The notes: generated by a model from the letters alone, not told the origin. A stretch of 64,000 bases of DNA from a virus (IMGVR_UViG_3300042535_000037:100031-164030); one strand, 5' to 3'; numbered from the stretch's first letter, positions 47,113 through 58,500 are shown. Numbers and translations: made by a program.

Positions 47113-48033
47113 ATGGCATTACTTTCAATGAGAATTGCGCCTCGGTTTGGCAAAGATATAGTCGATGTTGCTAGAGATGAGGCATTTAACGGGAAGGGAT
47201 GGGATAGAGCAACCCGCATTCTCTCAGAATCCTTTGGAGAAGAAATTCTACCATACGTAGATTCAATCCTCACAGGAAAACAAACCATGTCACTCTCTGA
47301 CCCACAGGGAAACATGGACCTTGAACCCGATACTTGGGAAGCACCATATGACCGCAACCTAAAGGAACGTGAAATCAAGGCATACCTACAGGAATTGCAG
47401 TCTTTCGAGTATTCAACGGCATATAGATTAACTACTATTTCTGCATGGAAGCTATTTGGTTCATCCCTACGCTTAGTCATTCAAGCTGGATTCAACCCTG
47501 TATGCGTCACTCTCTACGAAGATTTGCGCCAATACATCAAGGAACAAGATTCAACAATGGCAATGCTCATCGATGGTAGTATATCCAGAGCTTTAAACAC
47601 AAAGCCAACGAATCACATTGAACCTGTAATTGATGAGAGTAAAATCTTAGAGATGCAAATGCAAATGGTTGAACTAAGCAACAACAGAAGCGAAGAAGTA
47701 TTTGTCGAGAAGGACAACTTCTTCGAAAAGGGTAACACAGATGGCTGGATTTCACCACAAGGAGACTTCTACGGCTGCAAAACATATCAACACATAATGT
47801 TAGCAGAGGCTCTTGGATACAACGAAAGAGAGCTAGAAGATAATTGTTGGTGCAAAATATCTCATGGAGTATTTCAACTTCCCATAGAAAATATGAATAG
47901 TAAGCAAATTGACACTCTAACTGACTATTCTCTTAGATTCAACAATGGTCAAGGTGTAAAAATGATGCCATTCGACATCATAATGCCACTAAAAGACATC
48001 CTAGAAAAGTGGGAAAAGGAGAGCAGAGCATGA
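47113..48033 (+). CDS. GWxSPQG-domain protein, paralog of 36560
   Basis: GWISPQGDFYGCKTYQH..ELEDNCWCKI..KQIDT. Confidence 0.75.
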   Translation: MALLSMRIAPRFGKDIVDVARDEAFNGKGWDRATRILSESFGEEILPYVDSILTGKQTMSLSDPQGNMDLEPDTWEAPYDRNLKEREIKAYLQELQSFEYSTAYRLTTISAWKLFGSSLRLVIQAGFNPVCVTLYEDLRQYIKEQDSTMAMLIDGSISRALNTKPTNHIEPVIDESKILEMQMQMVELSNNRSEEVFVEKDNFFEKGNTDGWISPQGDFYGCKTYQHIMLAEALGYNERELEDNCWCKISHGVFQLPIENMNSKQIDTLTDYSLRFNNGQGVKMMPFDIIMPLKDILEKWEKESRA

Positions 48034-48233
48034 AATTTGACAAAATTCCAACTGAAGACTTGATAGCAGAACTTGAAAAAAGAAAGGCTATAGATAACGA
48101 AATTACAAATTGTTTAGAGTGTGATGGATACGTTGACCCTGCTTCGTTTGGCGAAATAGTTACATGCTCAAAGTGTGGTCACAAGCACACTGTAGGATTA
48201 TCATGGCGACTAACAAGTATCTACGGAGACTAA
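48030..48233 (+). CDS. Zn-ribbon protein
   Basis: CLEC..CSKCGH. Confidence 0.65.
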   Translation: MKFDKIPTEDLIAELEKRKAIDNEITNCLECDGYVDPASFGEIVTCSKCGHKHTVGLSWRLTSIYGD

Positions 48234-48234
48234 A

Positions 48235-48372
48235 ATGCCTTTCCAATGCACAATCTGTCAAGCTAAATTTGATGAAGAATCAGATTTAGGAATGCATCTC
48301 ATGTACTTTCACAAGTACTGTAAATTAACTGGCACTGAAGCCGAAGAGTACGCGGTTTTCACAAATGAGTAG
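48235..48372 (+). CDS. C2H2 zinc-finger microprotein, 45 aa (not in ORF track)
   Basis: FQCTICQAKFDEESDLGMHLMYFH matches F-x-C-x2-C-x3-F-x5-L-x2-H-x4-H. Confidence 0.8.
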   Translation: MPFQCTICQAKFDEESDLGMHLMYFHKYCKLTGTEAEEYAVFTNE

Positions 48373-48772
48373 ACTAAATCCAATATATCAGGGCAAGAAG
48401 TTAGGAGCATGGCTCTTGGACCTCTCCACAGTGGTAACAAAGGGATTTCCCCTTCGCTTACCGTTTCTCTCAGATGCAAATCCGCGCATCCTTCCAAAAT
48501 CTACACGCATAGGACATCCTTTTGGAATTTGCATTCGTGCCTCGACCATCTTTGGAGAGAACTGTTCAGTCGCCCAAGGAGTTACAATTGGCTACCTAAA
48601 CCCTCAAGAACCTACCAGAAGCAAAACCATTATAGGCAATAACGTCTTAATTGGTGCAAATTCTCTAATCTTAGGAAACGTCAGAGTAGGAGACAACTGC
48701 AAAATAGGTGCAGGTGCTATCGTTCTTAAAGACGTTCCACCAAACACAACAGTCACAGGTATCTGGAAATGA
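48365..48772 (+). CDS. hexapeptide-repeat (LbH) O-acetyltransferase, CysE/WcaB-like catalytic domain only
   Basis: IGHPFGICI..IFGENCSVAQGVTIG..IIGNNVLIGANSLILG..VGDNCKIGAGAIVLKDVP. Confidence 0.85.
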   Translation: MSRLNPIYQGKKLGAWLLDLSTVVTKGFPLRLPFLSDANPRILPKSTRIGHPFGICIRASTIFGENCSVAQGVTIGYLNPQEPTRSKTIIGNNVLIGANSLILGNVRVGDNCKIGAGAIVLKDVPPNTTVTGIWK

Positions 48773-48978
48773 AAGAAAAAATTAAAGACCCCAAGGAAAT
48801 TCTCAAATTACTTGCTGAGGGCATAGAAACTCATAATAGTTCTCTTGAAATGATAGGAGCTATTATGACTACCCAAAGCAACAAAATCATATCTCTTGAG
48901 TCAAGAATAGGCGATTTGGAGTCAAAACTTGCTCAAGCAATGAAAGACATAGATGACCTCAAACTTTGTTCACGGTGA
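48769..48978 (+). CDS. coiled-coil protein
   Basis: Heptad pattern; ATGA overlap. Confidence 0.6.
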   Translation: MKEKIKDPKEILKLLAEGIETHNSSLEMIGAIMTTQSNKIISLESRIGDLESKLAQAMKDIDDLKLCSR

Positions 48979-48982
48979 AATC

Positions 48983-49174
48983 ATGGAAAAATGCTGGAAC
49001 TGCAAATGTAACATGGAAGAACGCATCCTCAAGGATGTATCTCGCAAAAACGGAAAAATAGTTTCGTTTAATTGTCCTGTGTGTAGAAATGACAATCCAC
49101 AAAGAGACATAAAAATAGTCACTCAAAGAGATATTCCCATGCAAACCCAAACCTCTCTAATGGATGAACTCTAA
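48983..49174 (+). CDS. Zn-ribbon protein (start corrected)
   Basis: CWNC..CPVC; GGTGA SD. Confidence 0.65.
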   Translation: MEKCWNCKCNMEERILKDVSRKNGKIVSFNCPVCRNDNPQRDIKIVTQRDIPMQTQTSLMDEL

Positions 49175-49222
49175 CGAAAGACTTATATATAAGTACGCCC
49201 ATTACTAGGTTGAGGCAAAAAC

Positions 49223-49378
49223 ATGAAAAATAAATTCGATACACGTTGCCCTGCGTGTGGAACATTTTCAATAACAAGAATGATTGAAGGGCGCAAACTT
49301 TCACATCGTTGCTCTAAGTGTGGCTACGGCTGGTTGAAAGTCAACAACGAAATACTAGGCAGACCTCTGTTTGCTTAA
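49223..49378 (+). CDS. Zn-ribbon microprotein, 51 aa (not in ORF track)
   Basis: RCPACG...RCSKCGY.W. Confidence 0.7.
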   Translation: MKNKFDTRCPACGTFSITRMIEGRKLSHRCSKCGYGWLKVNNEILGRPLFA

Positions 49379-49431
49379 TTTTCAACTTTTTTCTCGAAAC
49401 CTTCTTATACATTCCTTCCTATTCTCTCTTC

Positions 49432-49944
49432 ATGGAATCTATCACAAAGGACTATGAAACAAAAGTAGCCCAATTAAATTTCGAAATCGCGGAGCTGAAA
49501 GCCCGAATAATTGAACTTGAAGGCTGGAAAGGCAAAGACAAAATTATAATTTTCAAATCAATGGATTATTGGGTAGTTAAAACTCACCGCAAAGACAAAG
49601 ACTCCGGTGAAATTAAAACTGAAACCCACAGGGTAACTTCAGAATCAGTTGACATTCTTTACCGCACCATAATCTCACTTTCAAATGGTACTGACAAGGT
49701 TCTTGAGGCAATGGAGATTTGGGAAGAACTCACCAATGTTTACAGCGTGAAAATGGACCTAAATGCATTCAACGGTGGAAAAAACCGCGCTCCATACTAC
49801 TTCCCATTTTACTATTATCCCATGAAGATTCTTGAACACCAAAAGCTTGTTCATTACTCAGGTGGCGGAAAAACGAAACTCCTTGACCCACACCGCAAAC
49901 CATCGAAGCCAAAAGTCAATCTTGTATCGAGTCTCTTCGATTAA
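49432..49944 (+). CDS. hypothetical protein with N-terminal coiled coil (start corrected)
   Basis: CTTATA plus pyrimidine tract before ATG 49432; FNGGKNR..YYFP.YYYP.KIL motif. Confidence 0.7.
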   Translation: MESITKDYETKVAQLNFEIAELKARIIELEGWKGKDKIIIFKSMDYWVVKTHRKDKDSGEIKTETHRVTSESVDILYRTIISLSNGTDKVLEAMEIWEELTNVYSVKMDLNAFNGGKNRAPYYFPFYYYPMKILEHQKLVHYSGGGKTKLLDPHRKPSKPKVNLVSSLFD

Positions 49945-49975
49945 TTTATATACATGAAACACCATTACTCATTAG

Positions 49976-50443
49976 GTGACAAACGTGATAACAATCCAAT
50001 TCCCCGAAGAGATGGCTGAAAACAGCATCCCGCCTGAGATTTTGTCCAAAGATTCAAAAGACAAAATCGCGGGATTCTTCTCTGACCCATATTTCGAAAA
50101 CTTCTTCTTTGAAAAGGAGATGGAAGTTAAGGAAATTCTTCAGAAGAACGGTCATCCTGAATACAACATTTCCCTCATTAGAATAGCAAAAATAACAAAC
50201 ATACGCTTATTTGATGGTGGATTTATGGATGTAACATTCATCCTGAACGTCAAAAACGATACATTCAACGACTTCGTAGAGATTTCATCCACTAGATTCA
50301 AGTACACCTCATACATGTACAATCAAAACCTTAACATGAAAGGCTCAAACCTCTACACATCGATACGCTATGACGTTACTGAATTCCAGAAGAACACTCA
50401 GGAACCATTCATGACCAGACTCAGGAAACTCTTCAAAAGATGA
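49976..50443 (+). CDS. hypothetical protein
   Basis: Own promoter; GTG start. Confidence 0.65.
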   Translation: MTNVITIQFPEEMAENSIPPEILSKDSKDKIAGFFSDPYFENFFFEKEMEVKEILQKNGHPEYNISLIRIAKITNIRLFDGGFMDVTFILNVKNDTFNDFVEISSTRFKYTSYMYNQNLNMKGSNLYTSIRYDVTEFQKNTQEPFMTRLRKLFKR

Positions 50444-50979
50444 AAACCCTAACATTCTTTTCAATATATGGAGCCATTTTCTTAATCATCTTCATGGCTC
50501 CATTGAACAACACAGACATCACAGTCGATACTCCATCTGACCGCCTCGACATACAACTTTTTCTAGACACAAACAGCATAGACGCTCAAGAATTCTATGA
50601 AGGCTACCATGATTGCCGCGAATTCTCCACTGAACTAAAATTTGCTCTCCAAGAACGCGGTTACAAGTGCGGTTATGCTGTTCTTCGCCCAACTCCCGAC
50701 CTTCGCAAAACAATAGGTGACTCCAACGAATCTCGTTTCTCTCTCCATCGCATAGTTTGGGTGGAAATCAACAACGAAATCCTATTCATAGAACCACAAT
50801 CCGACAGAATCTTCACCTATGAAGAACTTTCATCAAACTTCAAAAAACGATATGTAGATGTTGTAATAGATGGATACTACCCATATTATTTTACAGTTCC
50901 ATTTAACTCAACACTAAACGTATCAAATTACACGGAACCAGAAAATGATACCCTCAACATTGTTACCAGAAAAACGTAA
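50440..50979 (+). CDS. membrane-anchored transglutaminase/papain-like cysteine protease
   Basis: N-terminal TM; FLDTN..HDCREFS (Cys), LHRIVWV (His), FIEPQSD (acid). Confidence 0.7.
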   Translation: MKTLTFFSIYGAIFLIIFMAPLNNTDITVDTPSDRLDIQLFLDTNSIDAQEFYEGYHDCREFSTELKFALQERGYKCGYAVLRPTPDLRKTIGDSNESRFSLHRIVWVEINNEILFIEPQSDRIFTYEELSSNFKKRYVDVVIDGYYPYYFTVPFNSTLNVSNYTEPENDTLNIVTRKT

Positions 50980-50988
50980 ATGGAAGCA

Positions 50989-51576
50989 TTAATCGCTTCC
51001 AATCAAAGTGTGTCCATCGAACTTCTCTCTTTCAAAACTCTTAACCTTTAACACTAAATTATCCACATCCTTCTCGATTTCCCTCAACTCATGCCTTTTT
51101 TCTGCTCCTTTTTTCATGATACACATGCACAAATCCAACACTCTACTTCTCAAAAATTCTTCAAAGTTCTTCTGACTTTCATCATACACATCTTGTATGG
51201 CAAAATCACTACTCTCCCTTGTAAACTTCCCATACCTTAACTTCAGGTCAGCATCTTCAACATATTTTTTATACAAAGGCTTCAGATAGCCATCATACAG
51301 GTCAATTTCAAAATACATATCGGTTATGTCTACAATTTTTGCTTCATTCTTATTACTGTACTTGTATTCTTCAGGTATTTCCACATCTGCAACCTTCCAA
51401 ATCCCCACTACAATGAACTTAATTCTACAGGAATAGTCCATTATTTTAACAATTTCTTCCATAATGGCTATTCCATTTTCACAATTCAAAAACCACTCAT
51501 TGTAGTATATTTTATCCATATTTTTTCTTAACTTTTTCAAGTCGAATTTTTCATAACCATAACTCATTACAGCCAT
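50989..51576 (-). CDS. hypothetical protein (start corrected)
   Basis: Minus-strand TTTTATATA ends 23 nt before ATG 51576. Confidence 0.7.
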   Translation of the reverse strand: MAVMSYGYEKFDLKKLRKNMDKIYYNEWFLNCENGIAIMEEIVKIMDYSCRIKFIVVGIWKVADVEIPEEYKYSNKNEAKIVDITDMYFEIDLYDGYLKPLYKKYVEDADLKLRYGKFTRESSDFAIQDVYDESQKNFEEFLRSRVLDLCMCIMKKGAEKRHELREIEKDVDNLVLKVKSFEREKFDGHTLIGSD

Positions 51577-51662
51577 GTTGTATAAAATGCAATTCACTTA
51601 TATAAAACTTGTTGCACAAAAATCTAGAAACCTTTTTATAATATCAAACCCTTTTACTCTTT

Positions 51663-51740
51663 GCTGCAAGAGGCTCTGAGAAAATAGGTAGTGGGAAATC
51701 TCCGTACCACCGTCATTAAACCTACTAAATCCCACTACCC
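51663..51740 (+). ncRNA. small RNA with a 10-bp stem and 33-nt loop
   Basis: Starts 23 nt after TTTTTATA; perfect GGTAGTGGGA/TCCCACTACC. Confidence 0.6.
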
Positions 51741-51775
51741 AAACCTTCATATACCTTTCAAACTTCTTCTTTTAC

Positions 51776-52096
51776 ATGGCTTGGAACAGAGTTGGAAAAC
51801 CAAAAACATTTACCGTTAAAGAATTTTTTCTTAATGAATATGGTCCAGACGCTTTTAACACCAATGGAACCATTAAAACATCTTCAATTAACAAAGCTCT
51901 CAAGCAAGTAGAATTGGAACTTGAAAAGCTAACATTTGAAATTAATCATGAAAGAGACACAGCTATAAAACTTCAAAAACAAAACATATTTAAAAACCTA
52001 AACCTACTCAAAAAGAAAATTAACAACGCCAAGACCCTCAAAGAAGTAGCCAAAGAAAAGAAATCAAAAAATAGAGAAATGAAAAGAATGTTTTAA
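51776..52096 (+). CDS. basic hypothetical protein
   Basis: Leaderless promoter; Lys-rich. Confidence 0.65.
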   Translation: MAWNRVGKPKTFTVKEFFLNEYGPDAFNTNGTIKTSSINKALKQVELELEKLTFEINHERDTAIKLQKQNIFKNLNLLKKKINNAKTLKEVAKEKKSKNREMKRMF

Positions 52097-52401
52097 AAAG
52101 ATGGGTCTTGATAAGCTCTCCTGCTTCCGATATACATTCTCACACTTGAGTTCATCGAGTCTCCCTCAATTACGAATCTTCCATTCTTTCTCAAGGTGAA
52201 GGTCTTAGTTGGAGCATTTGGATTCGGATAATACTCATACTTTTGGTCTTCACTAATTCCGTTTTTGTCAGTTCTCCTATATTCATCCATCTGCACTAAT
52301 ACTTTCTTTCCCTTAATTGCAACTATAGTAGCGGGATAAGCATCTGTTCCAATTGCTATCGTTGCGCCCATTCCAATCTGAGGTATTTCGTTTGTTACCA
52401 T
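52093..52401 (-). CDS. conserved phage-type hypothetical protein (start corrected)
   Basis: P.IGMGAT..GTD.YP.TIV..D..Y.YYPNP....FTLRKNGR..G..R..Y.DP.F pattern recalled from actinobacteriophage proteins. Confidence 0.75.
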   Translation of the reverse strand: MVTNEIPQIGMGATIAIGTDAYPATIVAIKGKKVLVQMDEYRRTDKNGISEDQKYEYYPNPNAPTKTFTLRKNGRFVIEGDSMNSSVRMYIGSRRAYQDPSF

Positions 52402-52527
52402 ATTTTTCACCTGATACTTACTATACACTAAAAGTATATAATCCTTTTCATTTAACCATATACACAAACCTTAAATACTAAACTGCCAACTATATAAAAT
52501 AGTCTGTGAAAATCATTAGGTGTAGAA

Positions 52528-55500
52528 ATGAAAATTACAAAATTCGTATTGACCTTCCTTGTATTGCTCATGCTCGCGTCAATGGCATCAGCAGTCACCG
52601 CTCCTTATTGGGTGGAAAACACATCAACTAATGTCTGGATTAAAGTACCAGTAATTAGCTCTTCAAACACAACTTACTACCAGATGACTAAAGGCTCCGG
52701 TGCGCCATCCATAGAGCAAACTATGTTATTTGGTGATGATTTCTACGGAAATACCATTAACACTTCAAAATGGACAGTACCTTCCGGTGCTGTTACAGTT
52801 GCAAACAGCAAAGCTACAATGGCTGCTGCATCTAGTTCAAGGTTAGAATCAATTGGAACGTTTGGTCCAAACGTTACTATGGAATGGGCTGGTAGATGGT
52901 ATGCTACTGGTGGCTCTTCATCCTCAGTAGTGTTTGGTATGGATAACTATCCAACAGAAAATAACAGAATTGTAGGATACAAAGATAAGAACGGGCTTAA
53001 CATGTGTTACTCTGCAAAAGCAGGTACATCGGGCAGTGTAACAAGTAATTGGGTAGAAACTTCATACAATGTTAATAAAATTTATTGGCACGCAAGAGGC
53101 ACTCCACAATACTATACATATGTTAACGGTGTAGCTCGTTCGGGTTCTCCATACACTTCAGCAACAAAAGTTCCAGTGATTCCAATTAATGTATTCTTTC
53201 AAGATATGGGTACAACTGCATACATGAACATTGATACTGTTTGGGTTCACAAAAATGCAGCAACAGAACCAACGGCAACAGTAACAGATATGGGAGCCTA
53301 CTACCTCGTAAAAGTCAACTCAACTAGTGCAACGGTTCTCACAAACTATCAGGTTCCTCTTTCATCTACAACCTTAGAAGTTTCCACAAAGAATGACTCA
53401 ATGACTTTCACTCAGGTTTCACAGACTGAGTACAACAACTTACTTTCTGGAAACTCATATCCTTCTACACCTACATCACTTTCAAGTACACAAGGCTCAG
53501 ATTGGATTCGTCATACTTGGTCAGCAGCTACAGGAGCCGTTAAAACAGACTCTTTCAACATCAGTATAAACGGTGCATGGTACAACAGCTCCAACGCATT
53601 CTACAATCAAACTTCGATGTCTGCTCATGCATATTCCAACTTAACAGTCTATGCTTGGAACTCGACAAGTAATGTAAAATCACTAGCATCAGCATCACAA
53701 TCAGTTCGTCTTGCCAACAAAGCAATTACAATTTCAGGCATAGATACCACTTACAGCACTAACGAAGCTCAACAGCTTTCAGTTGATGCAAGTGCAACAG
53801 ACGGAGACAGCGACACCCCTGTCTTTTCTTGTAACCGTACAGACCTCTTCACAGATTTCTCTACTTCCACTGGTGCTGGTTCTTGGACTCCATCATACAC
53901 TCAAGCTGGAACCTACAAAGTTAAATTTAGTGCAACAGATGGCTACGGTTCAACTTCAGATGCAGTAACGACCATCACAGTTTCTAATGTAGCCTTGACT
54001 CCTGCTGCACCAACATTCAACACAGCAACATCCGGCAACTTCTGGGTACGCCACTCTTGGAATGAAAACTTCGATAATGCTCACACTGACCAATTCCGCA
54101 TCCAGTACGGTTCTAGTTGGCAAAACTCTACAGCCACTTTCCTTAACAGAACCCTCAGTGCTCACGCATGGTCAAATGTAACTCTTTATGCATACAACAC
54201 CACAACATCTGCAATTTCATCACCTGTAACTCAATCACTGCGTGTTGCAAACAATCCAATCACAGTCACTAACTTAGTTGACAAAAACGTAATTCAGGGT
54301 GGAACATTCACTTTCAATGCAGATGCAACGGACCTAGACTCCGACTCTCCCACCTTCAGTTGCAACCGTACAGACATCATCACCAACTTCTCAACGTCTA
54401 CTGGTGCTGGTTCTTGGACTGCTCCTTCAGATGCAACAGGACCAATCTACATCGGCATCACTGCTTCAGATGCATATGGCTCATCTAACACAGATTCCTT
54501 TGCAATCACAATAGTAGAGAGACCACAGACCCCACAAAATTTAGCATACACAAGAGGAAATATGTATGTCCTATGGACTTGGGAAGAAGGAACTAATACG
54601 GATAGCTACAGAGTTAAGATTGATGGAACTTGGACAAATGGCACAACTAATGCCTATGTTAACCAATCATATCCAAACATCATTGCTCACGAACTCTCAA
54701 ACATCACTGTTTACGGTTATAATACCTCAAGCGGTGTTACATCCCTGCTTCCAGCTACAGGCTCCATAGCAACTCTCAACAATCCACCTGTCATTACAAA
54801 TTCAGTCACCACAGTAGAATCTACCATAGGAACATCTCAAAACGTTAACATTGACTCTACTGACATAGATGACAACTACAACCCATCGGGTGATAGAGTT
54901 ACCAATGGTGATTTTTCATCTGGAACTACTGGATGGACTAATGTAGGACTTGACAATTTTGATACAACATCAATGGCTGGAAGCTTGAAAGTTAGAGATG
55001 CATCAACGGCATACTGTTACCAAAATGTAGATTTAACAGACGTGAACACATTGCAAATACTAATTCGCCAAGCATACGCTAATGATGGTGGAATGTATGT
55101 TCGTGTTTACATCGACAGCACAATGATTTATGAGTATCACGGACCAGATATCTACAACTACCAAATTAATCAGGATGTCTCATCATATTCCGGTGTACAT
55201 GCTGTAAAAATATACTCAGTAGCAGGCGGATATGGTTTCTATGATAACATCCACGCATACAATGTACCAAATCTTGATACCCCTACATTTGGATGTAACA
55301 GGACCGACCTCTTCACAAACTTCAACACTTCTACAGGTGTTGGTTCATGGACTCCATCTTCAGGAAATATAGGAACTACATATGTTGAATTTACATCTAC
55401 TGATGCATATTCTGGCGTAGATTCCTACATAGTAGAATACACAATCAATGATGGTACAATCATTGCACCGCAACCCACTGTAACTTCAGCCAACACAGGC

Positions 55501-58500
55501 AACTTCTTCGTTAAGCACAACTGGAATGCAGGCTCAGGAAACGTAACAAACTATTACATCGTGAATGACGGAACAGAGCACAACCAGACTGCAAATTACT
55601 TTAACGCTACAGGTCTTTCACCTCACGCATGGTCAAACATCACCATCACAGCCTACAATACCACAGGTGGACACAGAGCAGCAGTTACAGACAACGTTCA
55701 CCTTCCAAACAATGCAGTAATCTTAACAGACATTGACCCAACTTATTCAATCAATGAAGGACAACTTCTTAGCTTAGACTTAGGTTCAACAGATACCGAC
55801 TCAGACACTCCAACTTTCTCCTGTAATCGTACTGACCTCTTCAGTTTCAATACAGGAACAGGTGTAGGAACTTTTACTCCATCCTATGCTCAAGCGGGAA
55901 CCTACAAAATCCTCTTTGGAGTATCTGACGGATACGGTTCAACCGATACCGAAGTAGTCACTCTAACAGTCAACAACGTACTTTTGACTCCAAACAAACC
56001 AGTAGTCAATGATGCTTCCAAAGGCAATTTCTACGTATACCATTCTTGGACATCAAATTCTACAGGCTTCAAGACTGACTCTTTCCGTGTTAATCTCGGT
56101 GGTTCTTGGCAAAACTCAACTGCAACTTCCTACAACAGAACACTGTCTGCTCATGGAACTTCACAAATCACTGTCTACGGCTGGAACTCCACAACATCTT
56201 CGATATCAAGCGGAGTCACCCAATCTGTAACCCTTGACAACAATCCCATCTCAATCTCAAACTTAGATGACATCGATTCAAATGAGGGCTTGCAAATTAC
56301 CGTAGATGCCAACAGAGTAGACCTAGATTCCGACACAGCAACTTTCAGTTGTAACAGGACAGACCTCTTCACAGACTTCAGTACAAGCACTGGTGTAGGG
56401 CATTGGACACCTGATTATCAATCTGCCGGAACTTACTCAGTATTATTTGGTGTCTCTGATGGCTACGGCTCTTCAGACTCCCAAATCATCACAATTACAG
56501 TAGACAACAAAGTATTCACTCCGGCAACTCCAATCAATCTCAACCATGATTCCGGCAACTTCTACGTAAACTGGTCATGGGATGCAGGAACAGGCAACAA
56601 GACAAACTCCTATAACGTCAACCTCAACGGAGTTTGGACTAATGGAACCACAGACTCAATCTCAGATTCCTCGATGAATCCCCACGAAACTTCAACAATA
56701 GAAGTCTATGCATTTAACTCAAGTACAAATTCATTATCTGTATCATCAATTTCAGATGAATTCACATTAGCAAACAACCCTGTAACAATCACAGGACTCT
56801 CCAACATCAATATTTTCGAAGATGAAACAGCTAATGTTAATGCAAATGCCAACGATGCAGATAACGATGAAATCACCTTTGCATGTAACAGAACAGATTT
56901 GTTCACAAATTTCAACACAGCAACAGGTGTAGGCTCTTGGACACCGGACAACAATGATGCAGGAACATATGACATTTTGTTCACGGCTTCAGATGCATAT
57001 AGTTCATCTGATTCCGAAGTCATAACAATCACTGTGAGCAACTTAGCATACATTCCAGCTACACCAGTATTGGATTCACCTACAATTGACCAGCTCTCAA
57101 TCACCCACAACTGGCATTCCGGTACAGGAAACGTTACGGACTCATTCATAGTTAATGATGGAACTAACCATGACGTAGGTCTTACATCAGAATGGGTTGA
57201 CGTTGTTAGTGCTCATGGATGGTCAAACATTACTATTAAATCCTACAACTCAACAGGATTGTACTCTCCAACCATTCAGAGCTCCGTACAGGCTCCTAAC
57301 AGAGACATTTCCCTCAACTCCATAGGAAACATAGAAGTCACAGAAGCAACTCAAATCTCACTTGACCTTGGAGCAAATGACCCAGATTCAGACACTCCAA
57401 CATTCTCATGTAACAGGACAGATTTGTTTAATGACTTCTCCACATCTACCGGAGTAGGTCACTGGACTCCATCAACAAATGATGCAGGAGTATATTCAAT
57501 TCTCTTCAGCGTATCAGATGGATACGGCTCAAGTGACTCAGAAATAGTCACATTGACCATCAATGAAGCTAACTACATCCCACCAATTCCAACTAACTTG
57601 CAACATACAGGAGCAAATTTCTATGTGGATTGGTCATGGGATGCAGGCTCCGGTAATATCACAAACTCTTATAACGTCAATGTTAGCGGAGTTTGGACAA
57701 ACGGAACTACAAATGAGTATATCTCTCAACTTGGTATGGCTCCACATTCAACATGCACAATACATGTTTATGCAGTTAATTCAACAAGCGGAGCACTGTC
57801 AGAAGCAATCACTGACTCACATACCTTAGTGAACAATGCACCAACAATAACAGATTACAACTTGTCAAACAATCCATACTCCAACGTCATTAACCTTAAC
57901 TTTACTGCAAGTGACCTAGATTCAGATGAAATCACATACTCGACTCCATCTAATCTTTTCACTACAGATGACCCCACAAGTGGAGTTTGGGAAGCAATTG
58001 ACCTTCCAGAAGACACCTACTCAATAACATTCTATGCAAATGATTCATATGGCGGCTCTGACTCTCAGGTAGTTAACTTTGCAGTTTCAAGACCTGTACC
58101 ATCAATTGATTCATTTACAAACTCAAAATCTAACAACGAAGACACATCGCTCTCCGTTTATGCAGATGAATCAATTGAATTTAGTGTCACGGCATCTAAC
58201 TACAATTCAACATACTGGTATGTAAATGATGAACAGGTAGCATCAAATGTTCTCACTTACAACTTTGAAAACATCCAAAGTACTTCAACAGTTGAATTTG
58301 TAGCACAGAACCCCAATGGAAACGCTACTACGTTCTGGACCATCACAGTAGTTAACGATATAGTTCCACAAATTACAACAACTCTAAACAACATCACATC
58401 AGATGATTCATCATCATTCTCTGTTGTTCAGGGAACTCCAATCCAATTCACAGTAGATTCTCTCTATACTACAGGCTACCGTTGGGAAATCAACTATGGA

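Noticed and set aside
51687-51739. Similarity of the stem to the human Y1 RNA upper stem
   Set aside because: Short match, no Ro60-binding bulged-C helix, and no Ro60 gene in the window.
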